NCBI GenBank assembly: GCA_043228905.1
Contig: JBHGNT010000014.1
Coordinates: forward strand, 10,974,001-11,038,000
DNA: 64,000 bases
Reading direction: 5' to 3'
From: Azolla caroliniana
Lineage: Eukaryota; Plantae; Polypodiophyta
Positions 26,281-37,337 of this stretch are shown here, in pieces (the first letter of the stretch is position 1; each line of letters starts with the position of its first letter). The notes beneath the pieces are model-generated. The model ran no database searches and had not been told where the DNA came from. It saw nothing but the letters and a program-made list of their open reading frames with translations. A program made the translations under genes and the position numbers.

Positions 26281-29200
26281 TGTTGAAGACAAGGCCGCGT
26301 CGATGCGGAAGATCAAGCAGCATTCGATTGCGGTGAGTACCTGCGTATGACAGTTTCAAGGTCGTTGCACAGAGATAGAGAGAGAGAGAGAGAGAGGAGG
26401 CACAAAACGACTCTTTCTATTCCATAAAGCAATAATACAACCCAACCTTACAAAAAGGTTACAAGGTCACTATATATAGTGACAGACTTAGGGCATCTAC
26501 CATTTATGCTAATTACACAAATGGCCCAAACTTGATCTATACAAAGGGATAGTGTGAATACGTCCATTATACACTTGTATTCGACACTCCCCCGTAATGG
26601 GCGTATACATGGGTTATCTAAGATTACAGGCATGAACCTAGGTTCTCGGACATATCAGTTTTGTTCGAGTCGGCAGGGTCCGAAGGCAGAAGACCGAACT
26701 GGTCGGGTCGGAAGAGTTGAAGCCGATCATTAAGGAACTGATGTCGGTTGTCGGAAACCATCCTGCGCTGTGTCCGGCTCTAACCGGACTGGTTTGTCGT
26801 TACGCCCATCTGATGCCGAAGGGACCGAAAGCGGTCTGCCGAAAGACACTTGGTCATTCCATCTGCGACATTGTCGGTTGTGGATATTTTCTCTACACCG
26901 ATTTTCCCTGAAATGACGCAGTCCCGAACGAAGTGATATCGAACGTCGATATGTTTGGAGGCGTTGTGGTGAACCGGATTTTTCGACAAGGCAACAACAC
27001 CTTGACTGTCGCTATAGACAACTGGGGCCGAGTCATGGTCGACTTGTCGAAACGTGTGCGCCAGCTGGCCGAGCCACAAAGCTTCTTTTGCAGCGTCGGA
27101 CGCAGCTACATATTCTGCTTCGGTCGTTGAGGTCGTTGTGCACTCCTGAAGTTTCGACTTCCACAAAATTGCTCCATTGCCGAATTTGAAGAAGTATCCA
27201 GTTGTTGATTTCCGACTGTCTATACAGCCGGTGAAGTCCGAGTTGGTGTAACCGACTACGCCTGTAGTTGAGTTCGGACCGAAAAGAATGCCGTGGTCTT
27301 TTGTGCCAGCCAGATATTTGAACACATGCTTGACTGCGTTCCAATGCGATCGGCCAGGATTGTGCATAAATCTGCTAACGACTCCTACGGCATGAGAAAT
27401 ATCAGGCCGTGTCGCGACCATTAGGTACATAAGGGAGCCGACTGCCGGTGCATACGGTACCGACTTCATATCTTCCCCCTCCGGACCGGATGTCGGGCAG
27501 TCTCGCTGAGAGAGCCGAAGATTCATGGGGAGCGGGGTTGAAGCAGATTTGGCTGATTGCATGTTGAAGCGTTCCAAGACACGTCCGATATAGTCGGTCT
27601 GAGACAAAAAAAGATGTCGTTGATCGCGATGCCGACTAATCTTCATGCCAGGTATGTGTCGTGCCGGACCGAGGTCCTTCATGGCAAACTTCAACCGCAG
27701 TTGCCGAATGAGATCGGCAAGTTCGCCCGCGTGGCGTCCAGAAATTAGCATGTCATCCACGTAAATGATGAGGAAGATGGGTGATCCATCTTGAGCTGTG
27801 TTGGTAAAAAGACAATGGTCCTCATCGCTTTTTGAGAAGCCGATCGATTGGATGAAGTCGTCGAACTTCTTGTACCATTGTCGCCGTGCTTGTTTGAGGC
27901 CGTATAGACTCTTCCTGAGTCGGCAGACTAGATGTTCTTGGCCAGTTGCCACGAAGCCTTTTGGCTGCTCCATATAAATTTCCTCTTCAAGATCACCATG
28001 GAGGAATGCTGTTTTGACATCTAGCTGAATCAGCTCCAAGTTGTCGGCTGCCACTACGCCGAGTAGAAAACGAAGGGTTGTCATTTTCACCACTGGTGAA
28101 AAAATCTCGTCGAAGTCGACGCCATATTCTTGTCGGAAGCCCTTCGCAACTAATCTGGCCTTGTACTTTGGGGTGGTCGAATCAGACGTCTCTTTTAGTC
28201 GATAAACCCACTTGCAAGGAAGAGCACGTCGGTTCCTAGGTAATTCGACCAGATCCCAAGTCTTGTTTGCCCGAATGGAGTGCATTTCCGACTCCATCGC
28301 CAGATGCCAGGTGGCGGAATCGACAGATGTCGATGCTTCTTCGTAAGACGTCGGTTCGCCAGTGTCGGTGAAGAAAATTCCAGGAGAATACCTCTCCGGA
28401 GGTTGCGACAGTCTCTCGGATCGTCGAGGTATGATTGGACTGGTCGCATCGGGTATCGAGGTCGGATGGTCCGAAAGCGAATTATTCTGCTGTGCCGAGT
28501 CAGAGTTGTCCGAATCGATAGTGTAAGGTTCAGCTACCCGTGAAGCTGACCGTGTGTTAAGAGCGGGGCCTTCTTGAAGGGTCGGCACATCGGAAAATGT
28601 TACCCTTCGGACTTCGATCGGTTTTTCGACTGATGGATTCATAGCCGACTCGTTGAACACAACGTCCGAACTTCGAACGATTTGTCTGCGTTCGGGGTCC
28701 CAGAGTCGGTATCCCATTTCGCCGTCTGATCCATATCCAAGGAAAATGCATTTCCTGGACCGAGGTGCAAGTTTTCGGCGATCATCTTTCGGAATAAGGG
28801 CGTATGCCTCGCATCCGAAGATCCTCAGCTTGTCATAATTCGGCTTACTGCCGATCCATAGTTCCTGAGAAATTTGAAGTCCTAGAGGTCTGCTTGGCGA
28901 CATATTGATTATGTGTACTGTCGTGAGTAGAGCCTCTGCCCAGAAGCCATCCGACAGTCCGGAGTGTTGGAGCATGGAAACTATCCGTTCTTGGATTGTC
29001 CGATTCATGCGTTCGGCAATCCCGTTTTGCTCCGGACTGTGTGGTGCCGTAAATTCACGTCGGATGCCGCGTTGTCGGCAGAATTTGACGAATTCTTCTG
29101 ATTTGAACTCTCCCCCATTGTCGATCCGAAAGCATTTCAGTTTTCGGTCGGTTTGATTTTCTACCATAGCGAGCCAATCGGAGAAGATCGAGAAGACACG

Positions 29201-31814
29201 ATCTTTGGTGCGAATTGGATAAGCCCACACCTTTCGAGTCGAATCGTCAATAAAACTGACGAAGTAAGAGGCACCGCCGAGAGACTGATGCGGCATTGGG
29301 CCACAGACGTCCGAGTGGACTAAATCGAGAGGTCTCGTTTCTCTTGGTGCTGATGTCGGGTGTGATGCGGTTGCTTGTTTGCCATACTGGCAATGCTCGC
29401 AGAATTGATGGTCGGAGAAGGAGAGTTTAGGGATGTATCCGGCTCTAGATAGATGCGTAATGCCGGCCTTGCTGAGGTGTCCTAATCTTCTGTGCCATAG
29501 TGATGACACAGGAATATCCACCAAAAACAGGTTACCCTCTCTAAGCGTAACATGTAATGGATACAGTGAGTGTATCTTGGGTCCTCTAGCAAGCAGGAGG
29601 TTCCCCCTGTGGAGTGTCCACCCTCCCGAAGAGAAACCGGCACGAATGTCGTCTTCATCTAGTTGTCCGACTGAGATCAATGGCCTTGAGAGCTCGGGTA
29701 CATGTCGGACATTGTGAAGTACAAGTGTAGAGCCACCTGCAAGGTTGAGCTCTACTGTGCCGATTCCAATGATGTCACAGTGTTGCGAGTTACCGACTCG
29801 AACTGAGTCGGAGTGACGGATCGTATATTGCCGAAATTGGGATCGATGAGGAGTCACGTGAAATGACGCGCCCGAATCTAAGAGCCATGTGCTCGATTCT
29901 TCAGTCGTGAGCAGAACTTCTGATCCGACTGGATTTTCGATTGATAGTATATTCGGGTCGTTTGGTAGCACATCAGCTGAGAAGCTGACGTAATTGATCT
30001 CCTCATGCCGGCCACTCTTCTTGTCTGATCTCTGAGACTTGTCGTTCTTGTTCTTGAGTGCGCGGCAGTCGGCTTTGATGTGTCCGGGTTTCTTGCAATA
30101 GTTGCAGATTCGATTATCCCGTGACTGGCTCCGTCTTCGCTGATTGTTCGGCGGCCATGAGGAATCTCTTCCTCGTATGTTCGATCGGTCTGTCGAACCT
30201 TGTACTACGTAAGCGTCGTCTGTTGAGTCTTTGGCGAAAGACTTTCTCCGAGCTGCTTCGGTCAGGATTGCGCTCGTGACTTCGGAGTATTTAACAGCCG
30301 TGGTTGACGCGTTGCACACGGTTGTGACGAAAGTTTCCCATGATGAGGGAAGGCTGCTCATGAGTATCATTGCTCTGAGTTCATCCTCGATTGCCGTCCC
30401 CTGTGACGAGATTTGGGAGCTTATGCTTTCGTACTCATTGAGATGTGCTTGAACCGAATCGGATTCTTTCATCCGCAAGTTGTAGAGGCGCCGGATCAGA
30501 AACATCTTCGTTGCAGCGACCTTCTTTTCGTAGGTGTCCGACAGTGTTTTCCACAGTTCGAATGCTGTCGTACACGATTGCACCGTAAAGTATACCGATT
30601 CCGATAGGTGCATCCGAATCGTGGCGCGGACGATTCTATCCAGCTTCTGCCACTCAATTGGTTTGTATCCTTCTGGAGGTTCTTCATTTTCGATGGGATC
30701 GATTTGCCCCTTGACTATGAGATAGTCCTGCATTTGCTCCTTCCAGAAGTTGAAGTTCGATCCATCGAACTTTCGTAGACTCATTTCTGACGAGCCGGAT
30801 GTTGATGCCATCAAATTTGGTTTCGGTTGACGAAGCTCGGTTCGGAGTTGACTACGAACCTTGTTGGAGTGCAGCCGGTTGGCTCACCCGATATCGTTCT
30901 AGTCGGATTTGAACCCGAGTCAGTTCGGCTTCAGATATATGTATTGTTGAACTTGCTCAAATTGACTCCGGTAACTTGAGGGACAGAACCGACTGGTCTT
31001 CCCGAATGTTGCCGAGTCGGAGTGAGCCCGGTTCGCTTCCGAATATATATGCCAAATACCGATTATTGAATCCGATTGTCTGGACCGATTCTGCTTCGGG
31101 TGACTGCAGCGACGAGAGAGACGGATCCAACTGATCCTCTCGAATGTCGATCAGCCGGATGAAGCACGAATTGGGGTTGTTGTCTTGAGACCGATCTGCA
31201 CCGAGTGGTTACAATGAGCGGCGAGCAGCGTTTGATGACCTCTTCGGATGCCGTTTAACCGAGTGGAGCACGATCGTGTCAATGTTGCACAAGGGGATTT
31301 CACCTCGAGCGGTTACGATCACAAGGAACAGAGTACAACCGGCTGGCTTACTCCAGGCGAAGATGATCTAACGCGATGAGATGCAAGCCTCGTTTTTCTT
31401 CTTCTTCTCTCTTCTTCGAATGACGCAGGAAACCGAATGCTGTGCAGGCTGAGACGACGGCCGACAGCGGATTGAAGGACCGAATACTGTGCAGGCTCAG
31501 ATACCAGATGTTGAAGACAAGGCCGTGTCGATGCGGAAGATCAAGCAGCATTCGATTGCGGTGAGTACCTGCGTATGACAGTTTCAAGGTCGTTGCACAG
31601 AGATAGAGAGAGAGAGAGAGAGAGGAGGCACAAAACGACTCTTTCTATTCCATAAAGCAATAATACAACCCAACCTTACAAAAAGGTTACAAGGTCACTA
31701 TATATAGTGACAGACTTAGGGCATCTACCATTTATGCTAATTACACAAATGGCCCAAACTTGATCTATACAAAGGGATAGTGTGAATATGTCCATTATAC
31801 ACTTGTATTCGACA
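26281..31814 (-). mobile_element. Element G: full-length Ty1/copia
   Basis: 306-bp LTRs 26281-26586 and 31509-31814 (two transitions seen); TSD AGAGC; Met-type PBS TGGTATCTGAGC at 31495-31506; PPT at 26587-26595. Confidence 0.97.
26780..30814 (-). CDS. Copia gag-pol polyprotein (Tnt1-like), 1344 aa
   Basis: Uninterrupted ORF: CNYCKKPGHIKADC, WLLDSGAS, integrase HSDVCGP/DNGGEF/NGIAER, RT YKARLVAKG/YVDD, RNase H. Confidence 0.95.
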   Translation of the reverse strand: MMASTSGSSEMSLRKFDGSNFNFWKEQMQDYLIVKGQIDPIENEEPPEGYKPIEWQKLDRIVRATIRMHLSESVYFTVQSCTTAFELWKTLSDTYEKKVAATKMFLIRRLYNLRMKESDSVQAHLNEYESISSQISSQGTAIEDELRAMILMSSLPSSWETFVTTVCNASTTAVKYSEVTSAILTEAARRKSFAKDSTDDAYVVQGSTDRSNIRGRDSSWPPNNQRRRSQSRDNRICNYCKKPGHIKADCRALKNKNDKSQRSDKKSGRHEEINYVSFSADVLPNDPNILSIENPVGSEVLLTTEESSTWLLDSGASFHVTPHRSQFRQYTIRHSDSVRVGNSQHCDIIGIGTVELNLAGGSTLVLHNVRHVPELSRPLISVGQLDEDDIRAGFSSGGWTLHRGNLLLARGPKIHSLYPLHVTLREGNLFLVDIPVSSLWHRRLGHLSKAGITHLSRAGYIPKLSFSDHQFCEHCQYGKQATASHPTSAPRETRPLDLVHSDVCGPMPHQSLGGASYFVSFIDDSTRKVWAYPIRTKDRVFSIFSDWLAMVENQTDRKLKCFRIDNGGEFKSEEFVKFCRQRGIRREFTAPHSPEQNGIAERMNRTIQERIVSMLQHSGLSDGFWAEALLTTVHIINMSPSRPLGLQISQELWIGSKPNYDKLRIFGCEAYALIPKDDRRKLAPRSRKCIFLGYGSDGEMGYRLWDPERRQIVRSSDVVFNESAMNPSVEKPIEVRRVTFSDVPTLQEGPALNTRSASRVAEPYTIDSDNSDSAQQNNSLSDHPTSIPDATSPIIPRRSERLSQPPERYSPGIFFTDTGEPTSYEEASTSVDSATWHLAMESEMHSIRANKTWDLVELPRNRRALPCKWVYRLKETSDSTTPKYKARLVAKGFRQEYGVDFDEIFSPVVKMTTLRFLLGVVAADNLELIQLDVKTAFLHGDLEEEIYMEQPKGFVATGQEHLVCRLRKSLYGLKQARRQWYKKFDDFIQSIGFSKSDEDHCLFTNTAQDGSPIFLIIYVDDMLISGRHAGELADLIRQLRLKFAMKDLGPARHIPGMKISRHRDQRHLFLSQTDYIGRVLERFNMQSAKSASTPLPMNLRLSQRDCPTSGPEGEDMKSVPYAPAVGSLMYLMVATRPDISHAVGVVSRFMHNPGRSHWNAVKHVFKYLAGTKDHGILFGPNSTTGVVGYTNSDFTGCIDSRKSTTGYFFKFGNGAILWKSKLQECTTTSTTEAEYVAASDAAKEALWLGQLAHTFRQVDHDSAPVVYSDSQGVVALSKNPVHHNASKHIDVRYHFVRDCVISGKIGVEKISTTDNVADGMTKCLSADRFRSLRHQMGVTTNQSG

Positions 31815-32432
31815 AGAGCTACTTGGGATCGTGAAGAAGGAGTTCCATGATACTATCGTGGACCTTATTAAGAGGAAGCGACAACAATCTGATGAAGAGG
31901 AGGTCAAAACAAGTGCCATAACCATGGCAAGATCGGAAGAGGAGGAGGAAGAAGAAGTGGTGGCGGATAGCCATTACTCGCGGCCTCATTGGGCAAGAGT
32001 GACAACAGAGACACCGGTGAAGATCGAGGAGAAGAAAGAGACCGTGGTCGCTTTGATTGACCATGGCTCTGAGATCAACCTCATGTCGACCGAGTTCTAT
32101 AAGAAAGGAAGATGGTCGATTAATACAAACCACGGATGGAAGATTCGAGCGGCGACGAAGGCTACGGAGGACTTGTACGGAGCTTGCCCCAACGTTAAAG
32201 TCACGATCGGGGATGTAGAGATTGATCAACACTTCTTCGTGCAAGACTCGGCTTCACATCCCGTCATCCTAGGACAACCATATATAACATCGTCCCGGAT
32301 GGAGACCAAGGTGTTCGATAATGGAGCAGCCTTCGCGCGCGTCAAGAGTCTTGATAGTAAAAGATCCGTTCAATTCCTGACGGTTCGAGCTAATCATGAA
32401 AGGAACCGAGATAGCCTTGGAGGCGAATCCTC

Positions 32433-35400
32433 GGATTTTTAAAGCGGACTATTGAAGCATGGGGCACAAATAGTCCGAGCAATCATAAGTCCCCACAAGG
32501 AAGCAAAGTGTGTGGATTGCAAGGAGAAGCAACATGCGTCACACTTGGCGGCGCATGCAAACTTAGACTACTCAATAAGAAGGAAAAGTGTCAGATACAA
32601 GACTTCGAGGAGGTGCTGAAAGAAGAAAGCATAATCGAAGAAGAAGAATTCGTGTCATATATTCTAGAGGAAGCCTCATTTAACGACACCATCGACGAAA
32701 TCGAGGAAGTCGTGGATTTGAGCTATCCTCACCATCGACATGTGATTTCGGTTAACTCCGTCAACATGTATACTATCATCGATGAATATCATCGAGGCAT
32801 CTTGATAGAGGAAGTCGAAGTCAACACAAAATATAAAACCGTGGATAGGAAGATCAAGCCAGTTGCAGTTCCGCTACCGGAAGATAGCTGGCAAAAGATG
32901 AAGGAAGTTGCAAAAGATCCAAGCTTAAGGAACCGAAATACAATTGGTCACGTCTTCACTGAAGAGACGAAGGGAAAGCTACGAGTTGGAAGGGAGGATT
33001 TCCTCCTCCCTGAAGAGGAGCAAATGTTTCGTGGAATGCTTGAAAGACATGGGAAGGCTTTCGCGTTTTTTCCACAAGAAATCGGGTGTGCTAATCCAAG
33101 GACGGTAGAACCGATGGTGATCTTCACGGTGCCGCATGTGCCTTGGAATTTGAAACCGATACCGGTTCCGAGAGCACACCTACCGAAGTTGATCGAGCTC
33201 TTAAAGGAGAAGGTGAGGATGGGAATTCTAGAACCGTCGAATGCTCCTTATTCTAATAGGTGGTTCACGGTGCCAAAGAAGAATGGATCGTTGCGATTCA
33301 TTCAAGATCTTCAACCTGTCAACAAGGTGACAATTCGGAATGCTGGAATCGGTCCGAGTGTGGATGAATTTGCTGAGGCGTTTGCGGGCCGGTCCATCTA
33401 CTCCATCGGCGATCTTTACTCTGGCTACGATCAATTCCAGTTGGCGGTCGACAGTCGTGACATTACAACCATGAGAACTCCAATCGGGTTGGTGCGGATG
33501 TGTACCTTACCTCAAGGCGCAACGAACTCGGTGGCTCATATGGTGAATGCCATGAACAAGGTCTTGAAGGATTGCATCCCGGATATCACAATGCCATTCT
33601 TAGATGATATTCCGATAAAAGGATGTTCGGATGAAGAGAAGGATGAATCAAAAGATAAGGATGGATGTAGAAAGTTCGTCATGGATCATATGAAAGATTG
33701 CGAGAAGGTGCTCCAAAGGCTCGAAGATGCGAATTTGACATTTTCGGGAGAAAAATCCGCATTCGGGCAACCAGAGATCTTGGTGGTAGGTCACTTGTGT
33801 GGAGCATACGGTCGGAAGCCTTCGCCATCCAAGGTGAATGCAATTCAAGACATGAAAGAAGAATGTGTAACCCAAACGGAGGTTCGAAGGTTCCTTGGAG
33901 CATGCACGTTTTATCATATTTGGATTCCACACTACGCCCACATTGCTGAGCCATTATATGGTCTACTAAAGAAGAAGCGGATGTTCGAATGGACGAGCGA
34001 GCATACAATCGCCATCCGAAGGCTGAAGAAAATTTTGATGGAGGCACCTGCATTACGGAAAGCGGACTATTCATACGGCAAGCCCATTTTCGTGACTGTG
34101 GATACTAGTCCAATTGGAATTGGATGGGTTATCAACCAAGAAGATGAAGATTGCAACCGATATGCAATTCGGTTTGGCGCGAAAGTGTTAAGTGACAGGC
34201 AAAGAGGGTATGCCCAAGTGAAGAGGGAGCTATGGGGGATCATCTCGGCAATCAAATCTGATCGTGATTACCTTATTGGAGCAAAAGTCATAATTGAGAC
34301 AGATTGCCTACCAATTTTGGGTATGATATCTGGTTGCAATACACCGGATATTGCCATGTTGCGTTGGATTGCATATATCAAATCACTCAACCCGGAGATC
34401 CGTCATGTAGCTGGGAAGCGTAATGTCGTTGCAGACATGCTATCACGAGCGAGATACGACGGAGAAGAAGATCGACATTCTGATGAAGATGATGTTGGCC
34501 TGGATTTCTTTGCAAGTTCCTATGCTCGGGTGTTGATTACTTTCATAGAAGAGGACTACGAAGGCGAATTCGTGGAGATCGGGAAATACTTGAGTTCTCT
34601 CCAAAAAGATGAATCATGGTCGACGGAAGACTTCCATCGAATTCGGAAGAAAGCATACAAGTATTTCCTTAAGGATGGAGCTCTTTGGAGGCATGCAAAA
34701 AAGAAGAATGGGACTCCGATGAGAGTTGTCTGCAAGCTAGAAGACCAACAAAAACTAATGTCTGAATTTCATGATAGTGTTTTTGCAGGCCATCGAGGAA
34801 TATGGGCTACGTTTGCGAAGCTTAAGGAGAAATATTGGTGGTCGGGCATCTACAAAGATGTAGCAGCTTATGTGGAAACATGTAAGGAATGTCAAATGTT
34901 TTCGAATATTCGCCATCGAGATGGACTTCATCCGACTTACCCGTTGGCTATGCATTACAAGTGGATGGTGGACATAGTGATGATGCCAATGGGACGATGG
35001 CAGATGAAGTATCTTGTGCTCGCGAGAGAGGATCTTACCAATCAAGTTGAAGGGCGAGCATTAAGAACTAAGGAGACATCATTGGTATGCCGATTCCTTC
35101 TTGAAGATGTTATTTGCAGATATGGATGCGTCGGCAAGATAGTGGCTGATAGAGGCGAGTTGGACGCCAATGAAGCTAGAGAATTCTTCTCGAGGATGGG
35201 AATCAAATTATCTCTTACCATGGCGTATAATCCGGAAGCAAATGGGAAGGTGGAGCGTGGACATGGACCGATTGTGAAGGCTCTAGTGAAAGCTTGCCAT
35301 GGGAAAATAGGAGAATGGCCACGTCTATTGCCATTTGCATTATGGGTTGACAGGACTACTCATAGCACGGTGACGGGATACATGCCGGCAGAGCTCATAT

Positions 35401-35888
35401 TCGGACAAAAGCCAATAATGCCGGTAGAACAAAGTATTATTTCATGGTTTGCATTGCCATGGCAAGATGAGATAAGTAGAGAAGATCTTCTAGCATTGAG
35501 GATTCGACAATTAGAGCGGAATTTGGAAGATGTAGAGGTGGCTAAAGCGCGGCTAAAGAATGCAAGGCTAAAGAACAAGAAAGACTTCGATAAACGACAT
35601 CGACTTCGGCCGAGGAAAATCGTTGAAGGAGATTGGGTGCTAGTCTATGACAGTAGCCTAGATAACCAACATAGTACGGCTCGAAAATTCTCACAACGAT
35701 GGTTTGGGCCATATGTGGTGAAGAAAGTGGAAGATAATGCAACATATTATTTAGTAGAACTAGATGGTACACCACTTGCCTTGCCAATTACCGGTAAAAG
35801 AATCAAGATCTTCAAGAGAAGAGATAGAATAGAAATTGGATTCGAAGCTTTTGACGATTCAGTCTTAAGCATCGATGAAAAAGTATAG
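32433..35888 (+). CDS. Intact Pol (RT-RNase H-integrase) of element F, predicted to be reached by -1 frameshift
   Basis: Open frame of >1126 codons extending back to the GGATTTT heptamer; FLDD, DTSP..ELWG..ETDC, GHRG..CKEC, DRGE, ANGKVER, GPY; no chromodomain. Confidence 0.92.
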   Translation, partial: GFLKRTIEAWGTNSPSNHKSPQGSKVCGLQGEATCVTLGGACKLRLLNKKEKCQIQDFEEVLKEESIIEEEEFVSYILEEASFNDTIDEIEEVVDLSYPHHRHVISVNSVNMYTIIDEYHRGILIEEVEVNTKYKTVDRKIKPVAVPLPEDSWQKMKEVAKDPSLRNRNTIGHVFTEETKGKLRVGREDFLLPEEEQMFRGMLERHGKAFAFFPQEIGCANPRTVEPMVIFTVPHVPWNLKPIPVPRAHLPKLIELLKEKVRMGILEPSNAPYSNRWFTVPKKNGSLRFIQDLQPVNKVTIRNAGIGPSVDEFAEAFAGRSIYSIGDLYSGYDQFQLAVDSRDITTMRTPIGLVRMCTLPQGATNSVAHMVNAMNKVLKDCIPDITMPFLDDIPIKGCSDEEKDESKDKDGCRKFVMDHMKDCEKVLQRLEDANLTFSGEKSAFGQPEILVVGHLCGAYGRKPSPSKVNAIQDMKEECVTQTEVRRFLGACTFYHIWIPHYAHIAEPLYGLLKKKRMFEWTSEHTIAIRRLKKILMEAPALRKADYSYGKPIFVTVDTSPIGIGWVINQEDEDCNRYAIRFGAKVLSDRQRGYAQVKRELWGIISAIKSDRDYLIGAKVIIETDCLPILGMISGCNTPDIAMLRWIAYIKSLNPEIRHVAGKRNVVADMLSRARYDGEEDRHSDEDDVGLDFFASSYARVLITFIEEDYEGEFVEIGKYLSSLQKDESWSTEDFHRIRKKAYKYFLKDGALWRHAKKKNGTPMRVVCKLEDQQKLMSEFHDSVFAGHRGIWATFAKLKEKYWWSGIYKDVAAYVETCKECQMFSNIRHRDGLHPTYPLAMHYKWMVDIVMMPMGRWQMKYLVLAREDLTNQVEGRALRTKETSLVCRFLLEDVICRYGCVGKIVADRGELDANEAREFFSRMGIKLSLTMAYNPEANGKVERGHGPIVKALVKACHGKIGEWPRLLPFALWVDRTTHSTVTGYMPAELIFGQKPIMPVEQSIISWFALPWQDEISREDLLALRIRQLERNLEDVEVAKARLKNARLKNKKDFDKRHRLRPRKIVEGDWVLVYDSSLDNQHSTARKFSQRWFGPYVVKKVEDNATYYLVELDGTPLALPITGKRIKIFKRRDRIEIGFEAFDDSVLSIDEKV

Positions 35889-35955
35889 CAAACAAAAATG
35901 AATCCTCACCAAAATTGGCACATACCGGTGGATGTGCAGGTTTGGTGGGGGCGAA

Positions 35956-37337
35956 TGTCGTGTGAATCTTCACACACTATGTAAAAAAATAATGAAATAA
36001 TTATTATAGATTAGATTAGTAGCTTACTATAGAAAGATGGATATACTCAAGAGCTTCAAAATGTATTTTACTATATACAAAATGGAGAAATACATATCAA
36101 GTTATGGGAAAATGAAGTTTGATTAGATAGACAAATTAGAACTATCCCACATAGATAGGAAAGTTAAGGCCCTGGCTATATAAACACCTTGAGCTCCCTC
36201 ATTTTTCATTTGTGTTGAGAGAACTTTGGCCACTTTGTCTTGATGGATGATGGTGGCCAAAATACCTAAAACCGGAAACTGGCCGGTAAGCAAATCCGGA
36301 GAACAGGTCCGGTAAGCAAATCTGGAAACGGGCCGGTAAGCAAAACTGGAACCGGAACGGGTATGCAAACCGGAAACCGGTCGGTAAGCAAAACCGGAAT
36401 CGGAATTGGCAAGCAAACCGGAACCGGAACTGGCAAGCAAAACCGGAACCGCCCAGCAAGCAAAACCGGAACTGGAACCGGCAAGCAAACCGGAACCGGA
36501 ACTGGCAAGCAAACCGGAACCGGTCGGCAAGCAAACCGGAACCGGCCGGCAAGCAAAACCGGAACCGGAACTGGCAAGCAAACCGGAATCGGAACCGACC
36601 GGCAAGCAAAACCGGAACCGGAACTGGCAAGCAAACCGGAACCAGTCGGCAAGCAAAATCGGAACCGGAACCGACCGGCAAGCAAAATGGAACCGGCTAC
36701 CGGACGATGTTGGACGCGGACGGACGAAAGATTGGATCATGCAACAAACTAAAGTAAAGTGAAGAGAACTAAAGTAAAGGCCATGTGGACGCAAGCAACT
36801 AAAGAAGGGAGTGCATGGAAAAAGTAAAGGTCATGTGGACAGTCACATGCAACCAAAAGAAAAAGCTAGGAAACTAAAAGTAGAGGCCATGCAACAAAAA
36901 GTGAAAAGGCTATGATCAAGAGAGAACTCCATTTTTATTCCATTTTTTTTTTTTCTACACTAGGAGAAACTCCATTTTTTTTATTTTATTTTTCTTCTCA
37001 ACTCTCTTATCTTAGGGAAGCCATAACTCTCGAAAACCCAAAAATTCCCTACGGAAGCCATAATACTCATATAACCTAATCCTAATCTTCCCTACGGAAG
37101 CGATATCTCTCAAAACCCCTAATTTTTTTCTTTTCTATTAATCTTAGTAAACCTAAAACTTCTAAATCCCAATCTTGGGACATATTGTAATTTCTTTTTC
37201 CTTTGTTAATGAAAATGATTAAATTTCTTCTTTCTGTTAATTGTTAAAAATATAAACGCACACATGTGATTATCCTTCGGTCGGAGGCCCCGAGGTCCTG
37301 CCTCAAGTTCCCGTATCCTCGTCGTATTTTCGCGACA
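35956..37337 (+). repeat. 3' LTR of element F
   Basis: Pairs with 23431-24673; array ~140 bp longer. Confidence 0.95.

Larger units (their letters stand above)
24727..32442 (+). pseudogene. Gag-protease ORF1 of element F (24727-26280 + 31815-32442)
   Basis: CVWCDSFEH knuckle with a premature TGA at 25585, frameshift near 26165, split by G at LRE/LLGI, protease ALIDHGSEINL. Confidence 0.9.
23431..37337 (+). mobile_element. Element F: tRNA-Trp-primed gypsy inserted in the 5' LTR of E, interrupted by G
   Basis: LTRs 23431-24673 and 35956-37337; TSD CCGT/CCGT; PBS 24678-24695; PPT 35939-35955. Confidence 0.95.

Noticed and set aside
35888-35955. env-like or extra ORF in the Trp-primed elements
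   Set aside because: Pol ends within ~60-70 bp of the 3' LTR in all four elements, leaving no room.
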